Source: Lytechinus pictus (taxonomy: Eukaryota). From it: DNA of 64,000 nt. A program made the position numbers and the translations under genes. Where the stretch lies: positions 23,686,001 through 23,750,000 of the forward strand of contig NC_087252.1 in the NCBI RefSeq assembly GCF_037042905.1. The letters run 5' to 3'. Below are positions 36,474-47,966 of this stretch, piece by piece. The notes beneath the pieces are model-generated. The model did not search any database and was not told the origin of the DNA. It was given only the letters and a program-made list of their open reading frames with translations. Each line of letters starts with the position of its first letter. Position 1 is the first letter of the stretch.

Positions 36474-37366
36474 GTTTCCTACAACTTTAACCAGGACTAA
36501 GTTACCAGTTCTGAAGGATACATGATAATGAACTCAATTGCAATCTTCAAGCTTTTTACGGATACCGGACGTCAAAAATATTGACTTTTGTGGACTTTAA
36601 TCAATGCATAATTTCAGTGTTGCTTTGCATTGTATAAAAAAAGTTGTACTGAATTACCTGTTACAAGAAACTATATGACAAAGTATTTATTGTGTTTCGA
36701 AACTTAAAGTTGAAATTATGTTGTTTTGGAGTTTTTCGTTACCTTCTGTTTAGTAGTTGACAGTTTGTTATTAATTAGCTTGGGGACCAAGCTCGAGAGA
36801 GGAGGGAGTCGTGTAACGAACTATGTTTCCGATTTAATGTCATAGAGAGCTTATAGGGTCTGTAAACGTAGACTATATGGAAATCGTATGTGTAGACGTT
36901 CTATGATTCAACGAAAATTAGCCAAAATCGCACATTTTATAAACATGTTGGAGTTGTCATGAAACCTTTTGATTAATTTATTATTAGCAAAGTTGCCTAA
37001 GCATTATCCAGTTGTTTTATTCGAGAAAGCTGGTTGATTAGCAAAGTTAATTAGGTTATTGTAGTTGTTGAAGTCATTTTAGTAACTGTTTTATCGAAGT
37101 GTTAAAAAATGCATAAATACGAGGAGTCAACTGCTATTAAGAACAATCTGTGTTACGGCCCTTTACCGTAGAGCAAATGTTGCCCTTCATCTCTTGTATA
37201 TCATTTTGCTCTGTACAATGATTTATCTGTGAGAAATTAAAGGTAAAGATCAAGCATTGAAACTACACTCTGGACTACGTTCTTATGAGTGTTATAAAGG
37301 AACAAATGATTGGTGTACGGAACGAATGCTGGTGATTGAATGGTCGACGGATGTCCGATTGACTGA

Positions 37367-40178
37367 TAGTCCAGGATAGAAGAGGCATAACCTTGTTTTT
37401 TCATATATACAATATTATTTTATGGTTTCTTGTCAATTCGAGGGTGCTGATTACGAATCTGAATGATGCCACTCGTGTAACCTTGAGCATTTTCCGCAAA
37501 TTGGCAAAATCAAATATGGCCGCCAAAATATGCAAATTGCCCATGAAAATCATAAAATTGTATGCACATTGGCTATGAAATGCATGAAATTATGTGGCAG
37601 GAGTGAAATACTCTCTGAAAAAATAGTTTTTGACAAAATATTTATTTTCCTGATATTCAAAATGGCCGCCATAGGCCCTTGTATACTCTATTATGTACAA
37701 TATGAATAGGGAAAACTAATTTTCACAAAAATGGGCACTAAACTGCAAAAAAATCGCGATGTATGAACGAAGTAATATATGCAAATCATCATTAATAACG
37801 AGATATATCATTTATTATGTCATATATGGGAACATTGCTGTATTTTGATATCTAAAATAGCCGCCACTGGCCCGAACAGTATTGCGTACAATGGCAATGA
37901 GGGCAAAAAAATTAACAAGAGTGATCACTAAAATGCTTATTATGAAGATTAAACGAGTGGAATATACTAACTAAAAACCTAATTGTTAACGAAATATATT
38001 ATTAGTAAGCCATGTATGTGATGAATGTTGTATTTTGATATTCAAAATGGCTGCCAAAGGCCCTAAAAGTATTATGCACAATGAGAAAGAGGAGCAAAGA
38101 AATCACAAGAGTGAGCACTAAAATGCATATATATATGTGATAAATTAATGAGATACTGTCTAAAAACGTATTTTCTAACGAAATATATCATTCAGGTTTC
38201 AGGTTTGTGTTAAATACTGTATTTTGACTTTCAAAATGGCCGCCATAGACATTGACTGTATTATGTACAATGCAAAGTGGGAAACCAATATTCACAGGAG
38301 TGAGCACCATAAATGCACGTAATAGTGATCTATGAGTAAAACATTGTCTGAAAGCATAATTTATATTAAGATATCATTTATTCTGCCAGTTTGATAAATA
38401 CTGTTATTTTAAAGTCAAAATATGGCCGCTACAGGCCCTTGCGGTATTATGCACAATGTGAATGGGAACAAATCATTTCAACAGAATTTGGCTTTGTTTG
38501 GCCAAATGGTGATGTATGAGTGAAATATTGTCTGAAAACATGTTCTATAACAAAATATATCATATCTTATATAATTTAGTTGATAAATACTGTATTTCAA
38601 TATTCAAAATGGCTGCCCATATGCCCTTTTTTTGAACATTATTTGTCTCCACTCAATTTGTATATTATACGATAAGGGCCTTTGTTGGCCATTTTCAATT
38701 TAAGAAATGCAGCACTTATCACAAAAATTACACAGCATTTTGATATATCTCGTTAGAAACCATGGTTTTAGACAATAATTCACCCTTAGATCACAATTCA
38801 CAATTATGTGCAATATTTAGAGTCTAACAAAGCCAAATTCTGTCAAAATCATATGTCCCATGTTACAATGTACACAATACTTTTAGGACCTATGGCAGCC
38901 ATTTTGAATGTCAAAGTACAGCATTTATTACCTCCACGACCAATATGTGATGTATTTAGTTAGAAATCATGTTTAAGACAATATTTTTACTCGTACATCA
39001 CAGTTATATGCATTTTATGATTATCACTCTTGTGATAATTAGTTTCCATGTTCGCATGTTACGTAATTTAGTTAGGGCTTGTAGACATGGTTACTTATTT
39101 TGAATGTCAAAATACAGTATTTATCAACTATATGGCAGAAGAAATGCTATAATAATTTATATAAAAAAATATGTTTTCAAATAACATTTACTCATACAAC
39201 AGGATTATATGGATGTCATAGTAAAGCAAATCCAAATTCTTACAAAATTATATGTCCCCGTTCACATTGTAGATAATACTGTTAGGGCCTACAGGGGCCA
39301 TTTTTAATTTCATAATACAGCATTTATCTCATGCATGACAAAATAAATTATATGTCTTGCAATAAAACATGTTGTCAGACAATATTTTACTCGTAGATCA
39401 CAATTACATGCATTTGATTTTTCTTACTCGTGTGAAAATTAGTTTCTCCATTCGCATTGTACATGAGAAATATAGGGCCTATGGCAGCCATTTTGAATTT
39501 CAAAATACAGCATTTATCACATAAATGGCATTTTAACAAATATGTTTTTAGTCAGTATTCCACTCGTTTATCTTAATAATATGCATTTTAGTGCTCACTC
39601 TTGTCATTTTTTTTGGCCCCGGCCATATTATGATTGCCATTGTACATAATACTCTTTGGGCCAGTGGCGGCTATTTTAGACATCAAAATACAGCAATGTT
39701 CTCATATATGACATGATAAATGATATATTTCGTTAGTAATGATGATTTGCATATATTACTTCGTTCATACATCGCGATTTTTGCAGTTTTAATTAGTGCT
39801 CATTTGTGTGAAAATTAGTTTTCCCTATTCATATTGTACATAATAGAGTATAGAATGGCATATGGCGGCCATTTTGAATATCAGGAAAATAAATATTTTG
39901 TCAGAAATTATTTTTTCAGAGAGTATTTCACTCCTGCCACACAATTTCATGCATTTCACAGCCAATGTGCATACAATTTTATGATTTTCATGGGTAATTT
40001 GCATATTTTGGCGGCCATATTGGATTTTGCAAATTTGCGGAAAATGCTCAAGGTTACACGAGTGGCATCATCCAGATTCGTAATCAGCACCCTCGAATTG
40101 ACAAGAAACCATCAAAAAATATTGTATATATAAAAAAACAAGGTTTGGTCAATTCTCTATGGGGCCTATCCTGGACTA
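37367..40178. mobile_element. Academ-like non-autonomous foldback element in the Gypsy 3' LTR
   Basis: Ends TAGTCCAGGATAG / CTATCCTGGACTA; 3-bp TSD TGA; the empty site is shown by the 5' LTR; long inverted arms built of ~190-bp units. Confidence 0.75.
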
Positions 40179-41054
40179 TGAAATGAGACGAGAGAGGTGA
40201 TCGATTGCAATCGACGGATGATCTGACTGGAGAAACCAGAGACGACGGTTGGTGATGGTTGTTAATCAGTCTTTTCCATAAACCATCAGCAACGGTCATA
40301 TACTTTGACCAAACGAACGCAACTGACGGTCAGGCACGGTGGCATCCTGACAAGAAAACCGTGTCAGCTGAAAGTTGGATTAGAGGCCGTCACAATATAT
40401 ATTTTTTTGGAGTTTTGACATTGAGGAGTGGACATTCATTTATATTTTGAATGATACGGTATGGATTGAGCAATTGCTTGGTCTGGTATATTTCCCCTGT
40501 TTTTTTTTTATAATTCAATTGCCTTTTAAGGGACCTACAACAGGTTTTTCCTTTATTTACAGTTGTAAGGGAGGAAATATGGAATATACAATCATGTTGA
40601 TAATTGCAGTTTATCAGTTTTTGTATTGATATGTCGATGTTTGCAGTTTATTATTTCAATGTTATGGCATGGAAATGCTAAGGGTGTTTCTGTTTCTGAG
40701 TTAGTAATTTACTTTTGCTATTTACATATATTTTACTTTGATACATTGTATGCACTGGTATACAATGTCTATGACAGTGATAGGCTTGTTATGTGAAAGA
40801 GTACAATTCATGCTTTCATAGGGCGTTATTTTGATAAAGGTTTTAATTATATGCTTACTAAGGATTTTTATATTGTCAGATATGTTTGTTCTGAGGATAT
40901 AGATTGAATTGAATATTATTGGTTATTTAAGGTTTTGTTACAAGACGAGAGAAGAAGAAAAGTGGTTGCGCCAATATGTTTGTTTGTGTAATGTCGCCAT
41001 CTGCGACGGATTAATCGCCCCTTGTTCGGCCGGCGCTGTTCTGTGAGGTAAAGC

Positions 41055-41604
41055 CCCGGGGGGGCCACTTCCATTCACGAGTGGATACCATGCGCGACCA
41101 TGGTGTCTCGAAAAGCACCCTAAACACGTAATTTCCATATTCTGAAAATGCACCCCTTAACAAGTATTGGCGTGTGAAACCCTACCCTTAACAAGTATTG
41201 GAAACAAAACGATACTCTTGGCAAATGTTCCCTGAAATGAACCCCTAAACAAGTACAGGAATGTTTGATTGTTACGGGTCCTTCGGTCGTCGGCTTTACC
41301 TTATTGGTTTAGTACGACCCCACCTTCTACACCTCGCGCAAATCGGACTCTAAACACGAAGTGTTGGGGCAAAAAGGACATCCTTTATAAAACATTTTAA
41401 TTTTGTTTTATCATCCCCGCGAATTCTACCCTAAACACGTAATTTTCATAGCGAAATAGATACCCTTTTTTCATTATTTTTGTGTTTTTGACACCCTTAT
41501 CACGTTACGTACGTAACGTGCCCTGTCGTGAAAAAGACATCCTTTTTACGTGTTTTTTTGGTCGCGCATGGTATCCACTCGTCAATGTAAGTGGCCCCCC
41601 CGGG
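41055..41604. mobile_element. MITE with 8-bp TSD, superfamily uncertain
   Basis: TIR CCCGGGGGGGCCACTT..CGAGTGGATACCATGCGCGACCA; TSD GGTAAAGC (41047-41054, 41605-41612); absent from the 5' LTR. Confidence 0.85.
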
Positions 41605-42101
41605 GGTAAAGCCCGATGAAGTTGGCTTATTAAACTGTATTATTAACTGTAACTGGCTACTCATCTTTCATTTAATTATTGTCGTCTCATTATTAACATT
41701 AATGTAGGAAGATACCTAGTTACCAATCCATTTTACGATTTACAAAGCATTAAAAGTGTGTCCTGTTCTTAGATCCGAGCTCTATTTTTTTCGGCTCGCG
41801 CTGCCGTCAATTGTGTAGTTCTGTAACTAGAGTCCTGAAGAAAATCCCGGTGATTGGACTTATTGGTGATTGGACCCATGGCAACGATACCAAATGATTT
41901 TTAGCCGAAATGGGTTTAGACAAAGTGATAGCGAACCAACTGAAGTTAGACCAAAAGGAACGTGGGCGAAATGAGAGTAGACAAAGTAGATATTGGACCA
42001 ATTGAAAAAAAATACAATTAGACTAAATGATAATAAACAAAACGGCGATTAGACCAACTGGCTAGGCGAGATGGTAATTAGACGAAATTGTTATTGGACT
42101 A

Positions 42102-45100
42102 AAGTTTTTTTTTTTTTTTTTGTAAAATAATCATTGCTGGTCTTCTTTATTCATTAAACAAAATATATTCACAGTGCTAACATTTGCCTCCATTTCTGGA
42201 GGGAAAAACATGGTTTTCTGGATTTCACATTTTCTTCTATCTGTAAACGATATCTTAATAGGTAAAACAAAATATTAAACAGCCTTTGAATCGTTATTTT
42301 CCTTTTAGATTCTTTTCCAGCGAAACATTTATAAATGGTATATAAAGCATAATTCAAAATTATATCTACATCATTTTTTTCTTTTGATCTAAATGAAATT
42401 CCTGATAATATATGACATGGCTGGAAATGAAAATTTGGCAAAATATATTTCTGTACATTTTCTTCAATTTTTTTCCAAAATATTATCATTATGTTACAAG
42501 AGAAAAACATATGACTGCAATCACCTTTTTGATCACAGTAAAAACATTGGTCATTTTCTTTTAATTTCCGTCTAAAAAGGTTAGCTGGTGTTGCCAAAAT
42601 ATTATACATGAACTTAAAATTAAAATTGACCAGTACATTGTCCTTAACTAACTTTAACTTAAATAACCAAACATCTGTCCAAATTGGTAAACAGTCAAAT
42701 ACTAAGGTATTACACCAAAATTCTTCTGCTCTAGATTCTTCAGTTTTTACTTGGATCAATTCATAATATATTTTCCTAACTGTCAATTTACTTAATGAAA
42801 TAATACTATCAACCAATCTAATATCATTATATACATTAACATTGGATCTAAATTCCGAATACTTCTTTTGTAATAAACTTGTATTAGAAAAAAGAGACAT
42901 GTTGCCACATAACTCAATAGCCTGTCGTATATTACGAGCATACTGACTGTACCACCTTCCGTCCTTAACTACTATTTTAGCGCTAATCTTATCTATAGGT
43001 AGAAAACCCTTATCATCCATTAAATCCCCCACAAACAAAATATCAGAGTTTATCCAATTCATATAACATAACATTTTCCCTTTGTATAAGATATCTTTAT
43101 TTAGCCAAATCATTTCTTTTTGATAATTATCCTGTATATGTGCTTGAATATTTCTTGAATAGTTATACCTTTTTAATAAGAAAAACGTTGATATCAAGTT
43201 ATGATAGAAATAAGGCATCCTGTTTTCCAAAAAACATTTGTTTTTAATATTATATTTACAATTCATAATAACTTTTATACAACCCAGTTGCTGAAACCAG
43301 TAATCAAACATACATTAATTTACATCCAGGGTTTAACTCATCACTCAAATATTTACAAAGCCAAAATAAATTCAACGACGCAACTTTTGTTTCAACATCT
43401 AACATATTTAGGCCACCTTCCTCTATTGTACTTACTACATTAGTCCGTTTAACCTTTGCGGGTCGTCCTTTCCATAAGAAATTTAAAAATAGTTTATCGA
43501 GCTCCTTTACTATTTCTTTAGGACAAGAATGAACTTGTGTTGTATAAATTATTTTCGACATAATCAACGATTTTAATATTAAAATTTTCCCTCTTAACGT
43601 AAGGTTTCTCTGTTTCCATATGTGTAACAACTGTTTAATTTTTAATATTCTTTGTTCAGACCAATTCATTTCTAAACTTAAATGCTTCTTTTTGCAAAAA
43701 TAAATACCAAGAGACTTAACATAAACGTCCTCCCATAATATATTTCCAATATTATTTGTCGGATTGTCGTTTCCCAGCCAAATAGATTTTGTTTTGTTTT
43801 CATTTAAATGAATTCCAGAATATGTTTCAAAGTTTATAATGATATTAATAGCTGTATTGCCTGATATAACTCTCCTAACAAATAATGTCATATCATCTGC
43901 TAACTGCAGTATCTTAAAAGTATTATTATTTTCATGTTTGTAACCAATGCTCAAACCTATGATATTATTATTTTGTCTTATCTGATTTGCAAGGGTTTCA
44001 ATGCAAAGTATAAATATTAATGTGGATAAGGGACAGCCCTGTCTTATACCCCGCGATGGCTTTATATCTCTTGTTAACCATCCATTCGTTAATATATTAA
44101 GATGGGGATCATTATATATAAGTGAAATCCATTTCCTAAAACTATCTTAAAAACCATATATCTTTAAACAAGCATCAATAAACTTCCATTCTAACGTATC
44201 GAATGCTTTCTGAAAATCGGCAAATATAATTGCACCATCGGTTTTGTTAAAAATGCTATAATCTATAACATCCTGGATTATTCTGGCATTATATAAATAC
44301 CACTCCTGCCCTTGATATAACCTACTTGGTCTTCATTAATTAAATGAGTTAAAACCTTTTGGAGTCTGTTTGATAGTACTGTAGCAAGTATTTTGTAATC
44401 AGTATTAAGTAATGTAATTGGTCGCCAGTTACCCAATTTCATCGAGTCTCCACCTTTAAATAACAAAGTTACAACACCCTTTCTCTGCAAAAAACTAAGC
44501 TTACCTTTGCTATAACCTTCATTTAAACTATTTACAACAAGATCTTGTATATCAACCCAAAATTCCCTAAAAAACTCTACTGTTAATCCGTCGATACCGG
44601 GTGTTTTATTGAGACTCATTCCCTTTAACGCATTTGTGGCATCTTTAATTGAGATCAGTCCCTCGCATTCTTCGGCTTCACTACCACATAAATGAGGATG
44701 ATTTATTTCTTTAAGATACGCTTCGATCAACAACAGATCGGGATTTTGTGTTGTGTATAATGAAGAATAAAACTTTTCTACTGACTTCATAATTTTGTCC
44801 CTATGAGTTACTACTTTCTTTCCTATCTTTATCCCTGATATATATTTTTTTGTGCTATTCCTATGTTCTAAATTTAAAAAGTATGAAATATTGCTCTCAC
44901 TTTCTTCAAAATGTGTAACTCTAGACCTAACTTTTGCACCATCGCATTGCTTTTTGTAATACATATTAACCTTTCTTTGAACACTAATCATCCGTTCGTC
45001 TATCTCCGAATTACCTGCATAAAGTTGCACATGTAAACATTCTAATTCTTTTTCCAATGAAATTAATTCTTCCTTCTCGGCTTTCCTAAGCTTCTTAGCA

Positions 45101-45815
45101 AAAGATATAGTATAATCTTTCATTCTCAACTTACATAGGTCCCAAATATAATGAGCGTCACATTCTGTTTTAAATTCAATTTTAGTATGAGTGATAACAT
45201 TAATGACACCAGTTTTATAATCGCTGTTTTTCAGGAGTGAGTTATTCAATTTCCAGTATGAAGAGCCACGGGCAGCATTACGTGATGAATGTATTGTCAT
45301 AGTAATAGCACGATGGTCTGGACACATTGAGACCGGTTTAATGGACATATTATAAATGTAATCCACAAACTCATTTTGAACTAGCCAGTAAGCTATCCTT
45401 GATGACATATTCAGATACTTACTTCTATAGGTATATTGTTTTTTGTTTTTGTTAATTTTCCTCCATACATCAACCATCTTAATTTTTTTAACAAATTGCA
45501 TATATCCATTTGGTTTCTTATATATTGTTTTATTACCTATCACGTCAATACTTGGATCGTTAACACAATTAACATCACCTCCTATGATTAAAACATGTGA
45601 ACCAGTAGTCTTACAATCATAATTACTCATTATCTTTTCCAACTTTAAGAAAAAATATTTTTTATTCTTCTTCTCTGTCGGAGCAAAAATATTAACCAAA
45701 AATACATTTTTGTCATTTATTTTAGTATCTGTAATCAAAATCATTACGTCGTCTGATGAGTAAATCAAATTAACAGGTATTTGGGAATTCTTTTTCACTA
45801 AAATTGAAACACCTC
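42102..45815 (-). mobile_element. 5'-truncated L1/Tx1-clade LINE (ORF2 fragmented)
   Basis: APE endonuclease (NRGVSIL, GGDVN, PDH) and RT (KTPGIDG, NWRPITLLNTDYK, QLADD) in ORFs 44278-45798, 43304-43954, 42169-43311; poly-A; TSD TATTGGACTA (42092-42101, 45816-45825). Confidence 0.92.
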
Positions 45816-46449
45816 TATTGGACTATGTTGATAGTTGTTGACTAATGGTAGACAAAAGTATATCAGACCATGCGATAGTGGGGGAAAGGCAGTAGACGAA
45901 ATGGCAATAAACCGATAAATATCCATACAATGAGTAATCCTGACTTCCAAATCACTTAATTCTCTTTCTCGTGCCTCAAAATACTTAGTGAAAGCATATT
46001 TTATATCTTATCTGTAGCTCGAGTCCTGAACAAAATACCGCTGCGACATTATGCGTTGCGACATGTGACATTATGCGTTGACACTTTGCTGCGACATTAT
46101 GCGTTGCGACATGTGACGTTATGCGTTAGAAAAACTACGACAATATGCGTTGACTGCGACATTATGCGTCGGACGCTCTTGGCATAGTGTCGCAATCTGC
46201 GACATTATGCGTTGCTGCGACATTATCGGTTGTAACAACACTAGTATATTAGATTCCGTATTTAACACGCAGAGCTACCAGGAATGCTTCTAGCATTTCT
46301 TTCATTTGAATATAGGATAAAAGAGCATAATTTCCATTGGGTTTGATGCCAAGGTCGAGTTAAAACTCTATTGAGCTCCTAAAGTTATATCTTTAAAATG
46401 TTAATGTTTCTAATCAACTGTAAAACAACAGATATGGTGAATTACTTAC

Positions 46450-46797
46450 CATATAAGCTGACATCAGTATAGTTGTATATGATGTTCCCCTTGTAGTTCG
46501 AAACTCTGCAGATGTATCGGCCTTGTTCAGAAATACTGACGTCCTTGATGATCAAAGAATAATTTTCATTCATTTCCATGATGTCGCATACACTTTGACG
46601 TAGGCATTTACCGGTAGCGTCTTCAGTTGGGATCCATGAGACAAGATTTGTTGATCGTCTGGGATCATATCCTTTCTTCCAGTAGACAGCCAACGGTGAC
46701 CCTCGAAACTGACATGTCAGGACTGCTCTGTCTCCTATTCTTACATTTTTGTGTGACTCAGTGTAAACAACATCATCAGGAACATCACCATTTATCC
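46450..46797 (-). CDS. Ig-superfamily membrane protein, V-type Ig domain exon
   Basis: Acceptor tttgtcatttag, donor GTAAGT; GDRAVLTCQF..VYW..YSLIIKDVSISEQGRYICRV. Confidence 0.85.
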
Positions 46798-47469
46798 CTA
46801 AATGACAAAGATAATGTTATTCACACCAATAGAACACACGCTTTTGAAATATTCAAAGTCTTGTCCGATTTCATTCTATTCATCAAAGCATACATGAATG
46901 TTTCATAATTCTATAAATATTTTTTTATTACAAGGTTCAAATAAAAAAAATAGGGAACGTATTTTAGTTATATCTGAAGTGTTGAAATTGAAATACCAAA
47001 TACGAAATACAAGTGTCATTTCCCAAACACTGACCCAATTTACTTTCCAGTTAATATTTCATTCCAAATGTCCACAATGACAAGTATTTTCAATGCTATA
47101 CTTTATTCGTTTAATTTCTTTTAATTATCTGTGTTATTGTTTGACATTTTAATCATATTACCTTTTAAATAAATGGTAATTCGGCCGATGCCACGATTTA
47201 CCATATCAAAATACTATACAATAGTAGCTGCTAATAAGATTTATGGAATGAGGACTTTCAAATCATTTTGGAAAATCCAGATCTTGGTTAATTTTTGTAT
47301 ATTATGTTAATACCACAATCTTATCCCCATGCCAAATTATCAGTGACACTCGATTAACCTTGTGTGCACATCACTGGCGTAAATCCCGGGGGGGGGGGAT
47401 GGGGGGATATATCCCCCCACTTTTCGAGGAGGGGGGGGGTGGCCTGTACAAACATCCCCCCCACACTTT

Positions 47470-47632
47470 TTAATAATAATAATAATATAGGGTATTTATA
47501 TTGCGCACATATCCACCTTGTTAGGTGCTCAAGGCGCTCCTATATTACCCGGCTAAGCTAGGCGTTCATAGCGCACACAGCTTTTTAAGGAATTACTTCC
47601 TACCGGTACCCATTTACCTCACCTTGGGTTGA
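47470..47632 (-). mobile_element. SINE 3' part with L2-like tail
   Basis: Reverse strand GAGGTAAATGGGTACCGG..AGCGCCTTGAGCAC..GCGCAATATAAATA then (TTA)n. Confidence 0.6.
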
Positions 47633-47966
47633 GTTTTACGAAAGAAATGAAAAAAAATCACAAGAGATAATTGTTTTATTGGTGAAAATTCTTCCAAAAA
47701 TACCGCTTAACAAATAAAATAACATTATTGAATCATAAAATGCAAATAAAGAGCCAGTTCACAATTTCCAAACGAAATACTTATGTCCTTATTATAACAT
47801 TGAAGAGAAACCCCCGTTTCTTCCAATTCATCAATGTTGGGGTCTTTGGGAAGGGATTAAGATGGAATGTCAAAAATTTGTTGAATGTAATCTCTGATAA
47901 AACCATTAAACCATCATGGGGTAAAAAATATAATAATATTGGAGGGGTATTTGCCATATGGACATA

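Larger units (their letters stand above)
30094..40394 (+). mobile_element. Canonical Ty3/Gypsy LTR retrotransposon
   Basis: TG..CA LTRs 30094-30805 and 36812-40394 (interrupted); 4-bp TSD ATAT; PBS TGGTGTCAGAAGTGGGAT (tRNA-Leu type) at 30808-30825; PPT GAGAGAGGAGGGAG ~36795-36808. Confidence 0.95.
23534..41684 (+). mobile_element. Non-autonomous CG..CG LTR retroelement (Troyka-like) hosting nested L2, Kolobok, Gypsy and MITE insertions
   Basis: LTRs 23534-23689 and 40969-41684 (MITE-interrupted) start CGCCA and end TGTCG; flanks TCG / TCT (3-bp TSD, one mismatch); PBS TGATGACAGCTGGGATTTGGACC; PPT GAGAGAAGAAGAAAAGTGGTTG. Confidence 0.88.
21563..46237. mobile_element. Ginger-like (TGT..ACA) non-autonomous DNA transposon expanded by nested insertions
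   Basis: TIR TGTTACAACCGATAATGTCGCA; 5-bp TSD ACACT (21558-21562, 46238-46242); long inverted arms ~21563-22290 versus ~41870-42101 plus 45826-46237; subterminal ACGCATAATGTCGCA repeats. Confidence 0.8.

Noticed and set aside
2455..46797. V(D)J-like rearrangement system linking the RSS-like ends to the Ig gene
   Set aside because: The RSS-like ends are >15 kb from the gene, flank no Ig segments and sit inside a retroelement; no RAG ORF in the window
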